Assembly (NCBI GenBank): GCA_902574735.1
Contig: CACGOY010000004.1
Location: 18,678 to 82,677 of the forward strand
DNA length: 64,000 bases
Reading direction: 5' to 3'
Origin: an uncultured Pelagibacteraceae bacterium
GTDB taxonomy: Bacteria > Pseudomonadota > Alphaproteobacteria > Pelagibacterales > Pelagibacteraceae
Shown: piece after piece, positions 28,474-39,346 of the stretch
How positions within the stretch are numbered: the first letter of the stretch is position 1
Layout: each line of letters starts with the position of its first letter
Made by a program: the position numbers and the translations under genes
Notes under the pieces: generated by a model
The model's input: only the letters and a program-made list of their open reading frames with translations
Database searches by the model: none
What the model was told of the DNA's origin: nothing

Positions 28474-30597
28474 TTATTTTTTGGCTAAACCTAATGCTAT
28501 TCTTTGTTTCTTTGTCCAAGCAAGGCTTATTCTATCGATTATAATTGCTAGAAGGACTATCCCAACACCTGCTGCCAATCCTCTTCCAGTATCAGATCTA
28601 GCTAATCCATTAAAAACCTCTAGACCTAGTCCTTTTCCACCTATAAGTGGAGTAACAATTTGCATTGCAAACGCCATAATTACAGTTTGATTAAAACCTA
28701 TTACTAAACTTGGTATAGCTAAAGGAAATTTTACCTTATTAAGAGTTTGCAATAGGGATCCACCAAAAGATCTAGAAACTTCTGAATAGGTACCAGATAC
28801 TTGAGTTAATCCGAGCGCGGTTAATCTTATTATAGGAGGTATAGAATATATTACTGTAGCCAGAACTGCAGAAACTATTCCACCTCCAAAAAACATTAAA
28901 ACTGGAATTAAATAACAAAAGTATGGAAGAGTTTGCATAGCATCTAGTACAACATCTTGAATATTTTTAAATCTTTCGCTGTAAGAGGCTATTATACCAA
29001 GAGGCACTCCTATTATAAAACATAACAATACTGAGACTAAAACCGAGGATAACGTAATCATTGATTGGGGCCATATTCCACAAGCTCCAATAAACAATAA
29101 AAGTATTATTGTAATAATTGCAAATCTTAATCCAACTGTAAAATATCCGATACTTGCAAAAACTGCTAATGTATACCACCAAGGCGTATGAGTTAAAAAA
29201 ATATCTAAAGGCCTTAACAAATTTAGATAAACAAATCCTCTTAATCCTTTAGAAAATGCAATAAAGCCTGGATCAACTGTCAAAGACTCTACAGCATTAG
29301 AAATCGGTTGTCTTATTGATAACTTCCACTCTTTAGGAAAAGTTCCTATTTCATATAAATTTGAGTCTATGAATGAAATAATAAATAAAGCTATCAATGA
29401 TGGAAACAAATAAAATCTTCCACTTATAAATTCGCCGATATCATTTGCAGTATTTTTATTGAAAATAGAAATTAAAATACTTGTGAAAGATGCAATAAAA
29501 TTTGTAATTTTAATACATATAAAGTCTAAAATTTTGCTCGTAATATCTAAAGGCATTTCCAAAATTCTTGCAATTTTATATTTTTCTAAATTTTGAGGAA
29601 GTAAATGAAATTTTTTCACATTTGATGGAAGTTTATCTTCTTTATTACTGCAAGCTTTACTAAATCTATCAAACATTATTGCCATGAATAAAATACAAAG
29701 ACCACCTTCCATTGCCCATCCGACATCAAGTCTTCTTATTGCTTGCCATACTTGTCCACCAATCCCTTCTGCACCAATAAAACATGCTAATACAACAAGA
29801 GCTAACGCCATCATAATAACTTGATTGATGCCCATCATAATACTTGGCAGTGACATAGGAATTTTAATTTTTAATAATAATTGCAATTTACTTGAACCAA
29901 ACGAAGTTGCAGACTCTACGGTTTCTTTTGAAACTTGTCGAATACCAGTGTTGGTTAATCGAATTATTGGTGGCATTGAATAAATCATTGTAGCCAATAT
30001 TGCAGGTGCCCCCCCAATACCGAAAAAAAATAATGCAGGAAATAAATAAACAAAAGCGGGCATGACCTGCATTGTGTCCAAAACAGGTTTCATAAAATTT
30101 TCAAATCTATCACTCTGAGAGCACGCTATTCCAAGTAATACTCCAAAAAATACACATAAGAAAACTGATAATCCCATCAAAGCAAGTGTTTGTAGAGATG
30201 CTTCCCACATTCCAACAGCTCCCCAAAAATAAATTACAAAGCATGAAAACAAGCCTAATCTTAGCCCACCAGCTATAAAACAAGGAAGAGTTAAAATTGC
30301 GGCGACTAAAATCCAAGGTGACTCAAGCAAAAAATCTTCTAAAAAATAATAACCAGCTTTAATGTAATTTGCTAAAATTTTTGTAATCCATCTGTAATTT
30401 TTCTTTAGATAATCTTCTCCTTCATTTACCCATGCTGTAAAAGTAAATTCATCAGTTACAACTTTAGGAAATTTTGATGGTCCGTCATTTTGACTTGAAA
30501 GAAATAAGGCTCCAATAAAAACTAATAATACCAATGAATATTTTATAATACTTTTTGTATTATTTTTATTTTCTATTGTTTTTTGGACTACATCCAT
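28474..30597 (-). CDS. Betaine-family ABC permease with two fused ProW domains
   Basis: Two LD.MQ..P.F.YL and PPIIRLT..G..QV..SFG motifs. Confidence 0.9.
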   Translation of the reverse strand: MDVVQKTIENKNNTKSIIKYSLVLLVFIGALFLSSQNDGPSKFPKVVTDEFTFTAWVNEGEDYLKKNYRWITKILANYIKAGYYFLEDFLLESPWILVAAILTLPCFIAGGLRLGLFSCFVIYFWGAVGMWEASLQTLALMGLSVFLCVFFGVLLGIACSQSDRFENFMKPVLDTMQVMPAFVYLFPALFFFGIGGAPAILATMIYSMPPIIRLTNTGIRQVSKETVESATSFGSSKLQLLLKIKIPMSLPSIMMGINQVIMMALALVVLACFIGAEGIGGQVWQAIRRLDVGWAMEGGLCILFMAIMFDRFSKACSNKEDKLPSNVKKFHLLPQNLEKYKIARILEMPLDITSKILDFICIKITNFIASFTSILISIFNKNTANDIGEFISGRFYLFPSLIALFIISFIDSNLYEIGTFPKEWKLSIRQPISNAVESLTVDPGFIAFSKGLRGFVYLNLLRPLDIFLTHTPWWYTLAVFASIGYFTVGLRFAIITIILLLFIGACGIWPQSMITLSSVLVSVLLCFIIGVPLGIIASYSERFKNIQDVVLDAMQTLPYFCYLIPVLMFFGGGIVSAVLATVIYSIPPIIRLTALGLTQVSGTYSEVSRSFGGSLLQTLNKVKFPLAIPSLVIGFNQTVIMAFAMQIVTPLIGGKGLGLEVFNGLARSDTGRGLAAGVGIVLLAIIIDRISLAWTKKQRIALGLAKK

Positions 30598-30674
30598 TGT
30601 ATCTATAAGTTAAAATATATTATTTTACATTTAAAGGAAAATATTGTCTATTTTGATCTTAATATAAAGAAATT

Positions 30675-31721
30675 ATGAGTGGTTCTTCAAAAATAACTTG
30701 TTCAAATATTTGGAAACTTTTTGGGCCTGATGAAAAAAGAGTAATGAAGGAACTGGATCCGAAATTATCAATTAAAGAAGTACAAGAGAAAACTGGACAT
30801 GTAGTTGCCGTTAAAGATGTAAGTTTTTCAATTCAAAAAGGTGAAACTTTTGTTGTAATGGGTTTGTCAGGAAGCGGAAAATCAACATTAGTAAGATGCA
30901 TTTCAAGATTAATAGAGCCAACTTCAGGAACAGTCAAAATGGATGACGTAGATGTTACGAAGATGAGTAATAGAGAGCTTCTAGATTTGAGAAGAAATAA
31001 AATGAGTATGGTTTTTCAACATTTTGGACTTTTTCCACATAGGACAGTTGTAGAAAATATTGGTTACGGCCTTGAAGTGAGGGGAAGCAAAAAAATTGAG
31101 AGAGTAGAAAAATCAATGGAAGTTTTAAAAATGGTGGGCTTAGATGGATGGCAAAACAATTATCCTCGAGAATTATCAGGCGGGATGCAACAACGGGTCG
31201 GTTTAGCAAGAGCATTGGCTGTAGATCCTGAAATTTTAATATTTGATGAGCCTTTCTCTGCACTTGACCCACTCATAAGAAGAGAAATGCAAGACGAACT
31301 ATTAAGTATTCAAGAAAAAGTAAAAAAAACTATGGTGTTTATTACTCACGACTTTTTAGAGGCAATCAAAATGGCAGATCATATTGCAATAATGAAAGAT
31401 GGAGAAGTATCACAAATAGGAACACCCGAGGAAATTGTTGCAAATCCTAAGGATCAATATGTAAAAGATTTTTGTGAGGATGTACCAAAGTATAAAGTTT
31501 TAAGTGCAGGAAAAGTAATGAGAAAAGATTGTTGTGATGATACTAAAAAACTTTATTCATCTAAATCAGATTGCATCCCTGACAATTCCAAAATTGAAAC
31601 TTTAATAGAAAAACTTGTTGATACAGATAAAAAATTTCCCGTTATTTGTTCAGAAACTGGAGACTTGCTAGGTGAAATTGACCGTTCTATTGTGTTGAAA
31701 TCAATGAGATCTGCTAGTTAA
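30675..31721 (+). CDS. Betaine-family ABC ATP-binding protein (ProV-like)
   Basis: [36 protein letters not shown]. Confidence 0.93.
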   Translation: MSGSSKITCSNIWKLFGPDEKRVMKELDPKLSIKEVQEKTGHVVAVKDVSFSIQKGETFVVMGLSGSGKSTLVRCISRLIEPTSGTVKMDDVDVTKMSNRELLDLRRNKMSMVFQHFGLFPHRTVVENIGYGLEVRGSKKIERVEKSMEVLKMVGLDGWQNNYPRELSGGMQQRVGLARALAVDPEILIFDEPFSALDPLIRREMQDELLSIQEKVKKTMVFITHDFLEAIKMADHIAIMKDGEVSQIGTPEEIVANPKDQYVKDFCEDVPKYKVLSAGKVMRKDCCDDTKKLYSSKSDCIPDNSKIETLIEKLVDTDKKFPVICSETGDLLGEIDRSIVLKSMRSAS

Positions 31722-32646
31722 TTTGTTTATTACCTTTTATACTTTTCTCATTAACTTTATCTCTCCAAATAATTATCATACCAGCTAATATTATTAAAAT
31801 AACGCCAGGAAAAAGTTGAGCCCAAGGTGCCTCATTAAAAAATATCCACCCCAATACAAATGATGATGGTATTCCTAAATATTCAAATGATGCCATTTTA
31901 CTTGCGGAGATTAATCTATAAGAATAAATAAATAAAATAGCAGCTGTACCACCAAGAATACCAGTTAGTGTCATTAAAAAAAAGTCTTGAACATTTTTGA
32001 TTTCAACATGGCCGCTGGTTATAAAAAATAATACTATTCCACCCAGTACGTTAAAAATTAATGAGTATAATTGTATTTTTGCAGTTGAATGACCTTCGGG
32101 AATAAATTTAAGTATTATAACACTGATTGCCCATGCTAATGCAGTCATAATTGGAAATATTGAATAAAAACTAAATATCTCACTGGTTGGTTTCATAATT
32201 AGAATAACACCAAAGAAACCTAAAAAAATTGCAGACCATCTATATTTACCAACTTTATCTTTCAAAAAAAATATAGATAAAATTACAATGAAAAATGGTG
32301 ATGAAAATGTCAAAGTCATTGCTGTTGCAAACTCTAAATTTATTACAGAAATAAATACAAATATATTCATTGATAAAAATGCCAAACCTCTAAAAAAACT
32401 TAAAATTAAAAATTTTTTGTCAATTTTTCGAAAAATTGAAAAATATTCTTTCGTGAATATTATTAGAAGAATTAAAGGAATAATTCCCGCTGCATTTCTA
32501 AAAACAGCTAGTTGAATAACAGAATATTCATCACCAAGAAATTTTATCACAACCATGTATAAATCTATACAAAGTATAGCCATGAGCATCGTAGTCACAG
32601 CAAGATAGGTTTTCTTCACATCTACTTTTTCAGATGATAATTTCAT
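31714..32646 (-). CDS. DMT/EamA-family transporter
   Basis: ~10 TM; FSSPFF, RWSAI..GF.GV, FEY..IP. Confidence 0.85.
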   Translation of the reverse strand: MKLSSEKVDVKKTYLAVTTMLMAILCIDLYMVVIKFLGDEYSVIQLAVFRNAAGIIPLILLIIFTKEYFSIFRKIDKKFLILSFFRGLAFLSMNIFVFISVINLEFATAMTLTFSSPFFIVILSIFFLKDKVGKYRWSAIFLGFFGVILIMKPTSEIFSFYSIFPIMTALAWAISVIILKFIPEGHSTAKIQLYSLIFNVLGGIVLFFITSGHVEIKNVQDFFLMTLTGILGGTAAILFIYSYRLISASKMASFEYLGIPSSFVLGWIFFNEAPWAQLFPGVILIILAGMIIIWRDKVNEKSIKGNKQIN

Positions 32647-32688
32647 TGTAAAAATCTTTTAAAAAATTGTATAAACCTTACAAATAAA

Positions 32689-33879
32689 ATGAGTAACTTT
32701 AAACTAAATGAATCTGATATCTTATCAAATCAAGATTGGACTTTCCCAACCAATATTGCATACGGACCCGGACGTTTAAAAGAAATTGGAACAATTTGTA
32801 ATAACTTAAATATAAAAAATCCCTTGATAGTAACTGACAAGGGAAGTCCAAAGTTGCCATTTATTTCGAATTTACAAAGTTATCTGTCTAATTCTAATGT
32901 AAAATCAGATTTATTTTTCGATATATCCCCTAATCCAAGAGAGGATGAAGTTTCAGTTGGTTGCAAAAAATTTAAAGATGGAAATCATGATGCAATTATA
33001 GCTATAGGTGGTGGAAGTGCTATGGATGGAGGTAAATTAATTTGTTTAACAGCAAATAATGATGTTCCACTTAGAGATTTTGAGTTTGAGTTAACTCCTC
33101 CAATAATAAGTAAAGATAACCCATTTCCAAAAATTATAACTATTCCTACAACTGCAGGAACAGGAGCAGAAACAGAAATTACAGCTATGGTAACTTATTT
33201 AAAAGAGGGAATGAAATTTTGCATGTGGCACCCAGATATTAGACCTTCATTAGCATTAATTGATCCAGAATTAACAATAGGACTACCCGCTAATCTAACA
33301 GCATGGACAGGTGTAGATGCATTAATTCATGGAATTGAAGGATACTGCGTTCCAGGATTTAATCCTATGTGTGATGGAGCAGCATTAGAAGGTCTATCAT
33401 TGATATCCAAATCACTTGTAACTGCCGTAGAACAACCAGATAGTATTTTAGCAAGAGGTGGAATGCATGTTGGATCTTGTTTAGCAGGAATATCATTTCT
33501 AAAAGGATTAGGTAATGTACATTCTATATCTCACGTGGTTGGTGCTGAGTACAATACACATCATGGTTTAACTAATGCAATAGTTTTACCTGTAGTTTTA
33601 CGTTTCAATTTACCTGGTATGGAGGAAAAAGTTCAAAGAATGTCTGAAGCAATGCAATATAAAGATCATTCAGTTGATGCATTCATTAAAAATATGGAAG
33701 ATTTGTTAGATAGAGTTAAAATCCCTAAAAGCTTAAGTGAATTAAATGTTCCTGAGGACAGTGCAGCAAGAATTGCAGAGAAAGCAATGAAAGATCAAGC
33801 GTATGGACAAAACCCTAAGAAAGCCTCTTTTGAAGAAATGAAAGAAATGGTTTTACAAAGTATAAAAAAAGCTCGTTAA
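32689..33879 (+). CDS. Iron-containing alcohol dehydrogenase
   Basis: GGGSAMD, PTTAGTGAE, DALIH, HSISH, HHG. Confidence 0.92.
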   Translation: MSNFKLNESDILSNQDWTFPTNIAYGPGRLKEIGTICNNLNIKNPLIVTDKGSPKLPFISNLQSYLSNSNVKSDLFFDISPNPREDEVSVGCKKFKDGNHDAIIAIGGGSAMDGGKLICLTANNDVPLRDFEFELTPPIISKDNPFPKIITIPTTAGTGAETEITAMVTYLKEGMKFCMWHPDIRPSLALIDPELTIGLPANLTAWTGVDALIHGIEGYCVPGFNPMCDGAALEGLSLISKSLVTAVEQPDSILARGGMHVGSCLAGISFLKGLGNVHSISHVVGAEYNTHHGLTNAIVLPVVLRFNLPGMEEKVQRMSEAMQYKDHSVDAFIKNMEDLLDRVKIPKSLSELNVPEDSAARIAEKAMKDQAYGQNPKKASFEEMKEMVLQSIKKAR

Positions 33880-33885
33880 GCTTTA

Positions 33886-35301
33886 ATGCTTGATCATCTA
33901 TCAGTTGAAGAAATTCAAAAAAATATTAACAACCGACAAATCTCAATTAAAGAAGTCTTAGTTTACTACTTAGAAAGAATAGAAAAATTTAATAAAGATA
34001 TTAATGCTATAGTTTTACAAAAAGATAGAGAATTATTAATTAAGGAAGCAGAACAGAAAGATAATTTAAAAAATAGCAAAAAAATTTTAAATGGTTTGCC
34101 TATAGCGATCAAAGATCTTTCTGATGTTGTTGGTTTAAAAACTACATATGGTTATGAAGGATCAAAAAATAATAGCCCTAAGAAAAATTCACTATTTGTA
34201 GACAAACTAATAGATAATGGAGCAATCATAATTGGTAAAACGAATACCACAGAATTAGGTGTTGGTGGACATACTACTAACCGTCTTTTTGGACCTACAT
34301 CTAATGTTTATAACTTTGAAAAGTCTGCAGCAGGATCGAGTGGTGGGGCAAGTTCAGCGGTTGCAGCTGGATTACTTCCATTTGCAGATGGCACTGATCA
34401 AATGGGATCTTGTAGAGGTCCAGCAGCATATGCAAATATTTATGGATATAGACCAACTCCTGGTTTGATTGCTGCTGATCGAACATATCAAAATTTTGAT
34501 ATACCTATTTTAACTACACCAGGATGTTTTGCAAAAACACCAAATGATATGGCATTTTTAATTGACGCTATTACTGGAAGTCATCCGTTAGATAATATTT
34601 CATTTGATTTAAATAGTTCATTTAGAGACGCAAAGTTTTCAGAAAAAGAATTTTCTAATTTAAAGATTGGTTGGCTATCTAATATGAATGATAAATATAT
34701 TATTGAAAAATCCATTTTAGATATATGTGAAAAAAAATTAAAAGATTTAGAAAAAAATAATCTTGAGATTGAATATTTAAAGCCAAACTTAGATACTGAT
34801 ACTTTATGGAACAGCTGGACTACCTTTAGATCTAAAAGTATTTATCAAGATACATTAAGTATGGGTATTGAAGATATAGATTCCATGACATTTCAAGCAA
34901 TTTGGGAATACAACAAAGGTAAAGATATTAAATCTGATAATTTAAAATTAGCTTTTGAACACAAAAATAGATGTACTGAGCAAGTTAATGAAATTTTTGA
35001 TAAATTTGATTTTTTAGCTTTACCTTCTGCTCAATTGTTTCCTTTTGATAAAAGCATTCAATTTCCAAGTAAAATTAACGAGACCAGTCTCGATACGTAT
35101 CATAGATGGCTAGAAGTTTTTATTATATCAAGCCTCTTGGAGCTACCAACCATAACTATTCCTGTTGGTTTTAATGAAAATGGTTTACCAATGGGAATGC
35201 AGATTATTGGTAAAAATAAAGATGACTTAAAACTATTTGCGTTTGCAAAAATCTTTGAGGAAATTTACAATAATTCAAATCATAAACCAAAATTAAACTA
35301 A
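33886..35301 (+). CDS. Amidase-signature family enzyme
   Basis: IAIKD, GKTN, AGSSGG, GTDQMGSCRGPA (Lys-Ser-Ser triad). Confidence 0.9.
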   Translation: MLDHLSVEEIQKNINNRQISIKEVLVYYLERIEKFNKDINAIVLQKDRELLIKEAEQKDNLKNSKKILNGLPIAIKDLSDVVGLKTTYGYEGSKNNSPKKNSLFVDKLIDNGAIIIGKTNTTELGVGGHTTNRLFGPTSNVYNFEKSAAGSSGGASSAVAAGLLPFADGTDQMGSCRGPAAYANIYGYRPTPGLIAADRTYQNFDIPILTTPGCFAKTPNDMAFLIDAITGSHPLDNISFDLNSSFRDAKFSEKEFSNLKIGWLSNMNDKYIIEKSILDICEKKLKDLEKNNLEIEYLKPNLDTDTLWNSWTTFRSKSIYQDTLSMGIEDIDSMTFQAIWEYNKGKDIKSDNLKLAFEHKNRCTEQVNEIFDKFDFLALPSAQLFPFDKSIQFPSKINETSLDTYHRWLEVFIISSLLELPTITIPVGFNENGLPMGMQIIGKNKDDLKLFAFAKIFEEIYNNSNHKPKLN

Positions 35302-36191
35302 TGGTAAGACATCGACATCATTTTAAAATAGCTTTTATGTTAGCAATTGCAGCCGGATCATGGGGAGTTTATTGGCTTCCACAAAGATATTTAGAGAATG
35401 GTGGCTTAACTGGGGGGTGGGGAACTATTTCTCAAATGATGATAGGTATATTATTACTAACTCCAATTTCTTTGTGGAGAAAATTTAAAGGTCGTTCGTC
35501 AGGATTAGAAATACCATTTGTTGGTTTTTTAACAGGAAGTGGTTTTATATGTTATGCCTTAAGTTTTTTATTAACTGATGTAGTACGTGCATTAATCATG
35601 TTTTACATGATACCAGTTTGGACAACAATTTTTGAAATAATTTTTTTAAAGAAAAGACCTGGGTTAGAAAGAGTTTTAACATTGGGTCTTGCTCTTGGAG
35701 GCTTATGGATTGTTTTTAGTAAATCAAATATTGTACCACTACCTCAAAATGCTGGAGACTGGTTGGCGTTAGTAGGAGGTGTTCTTTTTGGTGGTGGGCT
35801 TATACGTTTGGAAATTACCAAAACAGATGGAGTATTTCCTGTAATATTTTCTTTTTTCTTTTATGGAACAATATTTAATATTTTTGCTGGTTATATTTTA
35901 AAAGATTATCTAGGACCTGTACCACCTGCAGAGGCTTTTCTCTCTATGTTTACTTTTTTGGTTCTTATTTCAGTATTTTATTTTATTCCAACGGGCGTAA
36001 TAATAATGTGGTCACCATCAGTTCTAGGTGCTGGACTTTGTGCAATACTATATTTGAGTGAAATTGTTGTTGGAGTTGTGTCTGCTGGTATATTAACCGA
36101 TGAACCTTTTGGATGGCGAGAAATTGTTGGTAGTTCCATGATTGTGTTGGGGGGTGTTCTTGCAGTAGTGTTAGCCCCAAAAGAATCATAG
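35301..36191 (+). CDS. DMT/EamA-family transporter
   Basis: ~10 TM; WGVYW.P, FY..PVW, E.VVGV. Confidence 0.82.
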   Translation: MVRHRHHFKIAFMLAIAAGSWGVYWLPQRYLENGGLTGGWGTISQMMIGILLLTPISLWRKFKGRSSGLEIPFVGFLTGSGFICYALSFLLTDVVRALIMFYMIPVWTTIFEIIFLKKRPGLERVLTLGLALGGLWIVFSKSNIVPLPQNAGDWLALVGGVLFGGGLIRLEITKTDGVFPVIFSFFFYGTIFNIFAGYILKDYLGPVPPAEAFLSMFTFLVLISVFYFIPTGVIIMWSPSVLGAGLCAILYLSEIVVGVVSAGILTDEPFGWREIVGSSMIVLGGVLAVVLAPKES

Positions 36192-36194
36192 TAA

Positions 36195-37187
36195 ATGCTT
36201 TTCAAAGAAAAGCTAAAATCAAAAAATAAAATATTTTTAGATGGAGGAAACGGTTCTGAAATAGCAAAACTTGGAGGCGACATGAGCCCTGCGTTTTCTG
36301 CGTTAGCAACTTTAACATCACCGGATATCGTAATTAAAGTTCATGAAAATTTTATTGATGCTGGCTGTGATATAATTACTGCTAATACTTTTGCAACAAA
36401 TAGACATAATTTGGAAAGTTTAAACAAAGGTGATCAAGTACATAAATTTATCTCAAACTCAGTTAAGCTTTCTAGAAAAGCGATATCAAATACTGGAAAA
36501 GAAAATAAAATTGCAGTAGCGGGTAGCCTATCAAACTTTTTTCCTCTAAAGGAAAATGAGTTTGTTCCAAACCCAGAATTTGTACCAACCTTTAAAAAAG
36601 AGGAAGAAAATTATAAAGAAGCTGCAAAAATTTTAAAAGAATCTGGAGCAGATTTATTGGTTCTAGAAATGCTTTTGGATGTAGACCACTCTAAAATTTT
36701 ATTAAGTGCAGCTTTAGAGACTGGTTTACCAGTATGGGTTGGATTGAGTTGTTGCGATAGTAAATTTGATAATTCCGTTATTGGAAGAAATTTTAGAGCA
36801 GAGAAAGAAAAATCACTGATTTATGATGAGAATAAGTATAAAGACCAACCTAAATACTTACCTGAAGATAAAATAATTTTACTAGAGGATATAATAAAAT
36901 CACTTACGAGTTTAGGAGGTGATGTTTATGGAATAATGCACACTTGGTTTCAAGATAGCATTGGTGGTTTAAAAATATTGAAGAATAATTGGAAAGGACC
37001 AATCATGTTTTATCCTGAAATACATAAATTTGACACTAATACACATAAAGCAATAATAACTATGACAGAGGAAGAATTTTCAAACTCAATTTTAGAATTA
37101 ATAGATGATCAAATTCAAATTGTTGGAGGCTGTTGTGGAGTTAACGACAAGCATTTAAAAAGACTTATACAATCTATATCTGAGTAA
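36195..37187 (+). CDS. Homocysteine S-methyltransferase family protein
   Basis: FLDGGNGSE, H..FIDAG.DIITANT, VAGS, VGGCCG. Confidence 0.88.
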   Translation: MLFKEKLKSKNKIFLDGGNGSEIAKLGGDMSPAFSALATLTSPDIVIKVHENFIDAGCDIITANTFATNRHNLESLNKGDQVHKFISNSVKLSRKAISNTGKENKIAVAGSLSNFFPLKENEFVPNPEFVPTFKKEEENYKEAAKILKESGADLLVLEMLLDVDHSKILLSAALETGLPVWVGLSCCDSKFDNSVIGRNFRAEKEKSLIYDENKYKDQPKYLPEDKIILLEDIIKSLTSLGGDVYGIMHTWFQDSIGGLKILKNNWKGPIMFYPEIHKFDTNTHKAIITMTEEEFSNSILELIDDQIQIVGGCCGVNDKHLKRLIQSISE

Positions 37188-37305
37188 ATTAATCAATACT
37201 TCGAAATTTTTTAAAATTTAAAATTAAATTTTTTTATTGAAGTCAATTTAGTTACTATGATAGCTTTAAATATTAATAAACAAGATTATACCATTGTAAA
37301 TTTAA

Positions 37306-38166
37306 ATGAGTTCAAATAAACTTAAAGTACGAAGAAGCTTTATATTTACACCAGGTTTAAAACCAGAGATGTTTCCAAAGGCAATCGAGTCTGGGGCCGA
37401 CATGGTTTGTATAGAATTAGAAGATGGTATAGCGCTTAAGGATAAAAATGATGCAAGAAATAATACACTTAACGCTTTAAAAACGCTCAAGATTAAAGAA
37501 GATGTAGAATTGGTTGTAAGAGTTAATTGTCAAAGAACAAAACATGGATTGTTAGATTTAGAGGCCTTTGCCTCGAGTAAAATAAACATCGGTGCAATAA
37601 TGCTTCCCAAAGTAAAAACACCAGATGAAATAAAATTTATCGATGATCTGCTTACAGATTGTAATTTAGATACAGACCTTCATGTAATAATGGAAACGAA
37701 CGAGGCTTTAGAATGTATTTATGACATTGCCCATGCAAGCAAAAGAACGGTGGCATTGTATTTTGGAGGTGTTGATATGGCAGCTGAACTTAGGTGTGAG
37801 CATAAATGGGAAAATTTAGTATACGCAAGATCAAAATTAGTTCATGCAGGTGCAAGTATTGGGGTTGATGTAATAGATGTTCCATACTTAGATTTAGAAA
37901 ATATGGATGGAATGAAAAAAGAGGCAGAGCTTGCAAAAAATCTTGGTTTTACTGGCAAAGGCTCTATCCATCCTAAACAGATAGGAATTTTAAATAAGGT
38001 TTTTACACCTTCAAAAGAAGAAATTAGTCATGCAAAAAGAATTGTAGATCAATTTAACGAATCAAATACAGGTTTGGTTGTAATTGACGGCAAACTTATA
38101 GAAAAACCTGTTTTAAGAGAAATGCAAAGAAAAATATTAATTGCAGAAAAAATAAACAAAAATTAA
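37306..38166 (+). CDS. CitE/malyl-/citramalyl-CoA lyase family (CoA ester lyase)
   Basis: RRS.IFTPG, ELEDG, VRVN, MLPK, FGGVD, GKGSIHPKQI. Confidence 0.88.
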   Translation: MSSNKLKVRRSFIFTPGLKPEMFPKAIESGADMVCIELEDGIALKDKNDARNNTLNALKTLKIKEDVELVVRVNCQRTKHGLLDLEAFASSKINIGAIMLPKVKTPDEIKFIDDLLTDCNLDTDLHVIMETNEALECIYDIAHASKRTVALYFGGVDMAAELRCEHKWENLVYARSKLVHAGASIGVDVIDVPYLDLENMDGMKKEAELAKNLGFTGKGSIHPKQIGILNKVFTPSKEEISHAKRIVDQFNESNTGLVVIDGKLIEKPVLREMQRKILIAEKINKN

Positions 38167-38169
38167 TAA

Positions 38170-39336
38170 TTAAAAATTATTATTAACTATTTCGTCCATC
38201 ATATTAATCATATTTTTCTTATAATTTTCATCAGTTCCAGAATCTGTTTCAATTACAGAGAAATAACTTGCAACAACACCATTATTTAAATTTATTGCCA
38301 AAAATTGACCTCCAAGACCTGAATGGCCAATCCAATTACCACATTTCATAGTTGAATTTGAGTACTCTAAAAATTTATTTTTTGATAATTCCATATATTT
38401 AGTCCCTTTATTTTTTAATGTTTCATCTAAGAAATATTCAGAGCCGATTTTTCTATTTAATACCCCATGCCCTTTTCTTGAAAAAAGAAGACCATATCTC
38501 AAAAAATCTCTAGAGATTAAACATCCGCCTCCCGAAATCCAAGGCATACTAAATCTATCTGTCCCCATATACATGGCATCTTCAAAACCTGCTGCTTCTA
38601 CAGCCTCAAGCAACCATTCTTTAAGTTTTTTTCCACTTACTTTTTCAACTAATAAACCCATTACATCTGTATTTGCTGATTTGTAGTGAGATAAATCTGA
38701 TGTATTTTTTAAATCTTGATCTTTCAAAGATTCAATTGAATTTAAAAATTCTTCCTGGCTAACCTTATAATTTAAATCATCGGGTAGTCTCCAACCACAA
38801 ACTGGTTCATGTAAAAATGAAGAGGTGTATGGATCTGTATAATCTTCGCTATAAGCATTTTGAATATTCATATCTAAAACATCTTGAATCGTTGCAGATG
38901 CATATCCTGAGCCAATATTAGGTAAATAGTCAGAAACTTTTTTATTTAATTCAATAATTTTTTTTTCAACAAGTTCTCCAATAAATAAATTTATAAACAT
39001 TTTTGTGATAGACATTATTGTTTGTGGAATATTTTGATTAAAATCATCAGCATATTTTTCATATAGAATGTCTTGATCTTTGCCTACCAACAATGAGCAA
39101 AAATATTTATGATTTATCATTTTATTTACTGATGGAATTTTTTCTATCTTGTCATTATATTTTTGGTTTAATTTTAATACATGATCAGATCTTAGAAGCA
39201 GACCATATCTGTTGATTTTATGTAAATTTCGGTAACCCTCTCTTCTTGTTTCTGGCAAATACCAATTTGGTTTATTATCTCTTATAATTTTAAGTGTAGG
39301 ATTTAATTCGCTAATTATTTTTTTATCTTTTGTCAT
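38170..39336 (-). CDS. Beta-lactamase-fold serine hydrolase (NylB/class C-like)
   Basis: SITK (SxxK), YKS, HSG.GGQ; no signal peptide. Confidence 0.8.
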   Translation of the reverse strand: MTKDKKIISELNPTLKIIRDNKPNWYLPETRREGYRNLHKINRYGLLLRSDHVLKLNQKYNDKIEKIPSVNKMINHKYFCSLLVGKDQDILYEKYADDFNQNIPQTIMSITKMFINLFIGELVEKKIIELNKKVSDYLPNIGSGYASATIQDVLDMNIQNAYSEDYTDPYTSSFLHEPVCGWRLPDDLNYKVSQEEFLNSIESLKDQDLKNTSDLSHYKSANTDVMGLLVEKVSGKKLKEWLLEAVEAAGFEDAMYMGTDRFSMPWISGGGCLISRDFLRYGLLFSRKGHGVLNRKIGSEYFLDETLKNKGTKYMELSKNKFLEYSNSTMKCGNWIGHSGLGGQFLAINLNNGVVASYFSVIETDSGTDENYKKNMINMMDEIVNNNF

Positions 39337-39346
39337 TTCTTAAATT

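Noticed and set aside
38170-39336. Beta-lactam resistance gene
   Set aside because: No signal peptide and a catabolic context; the SxxK fold is shared by esterases and amide hydrolases
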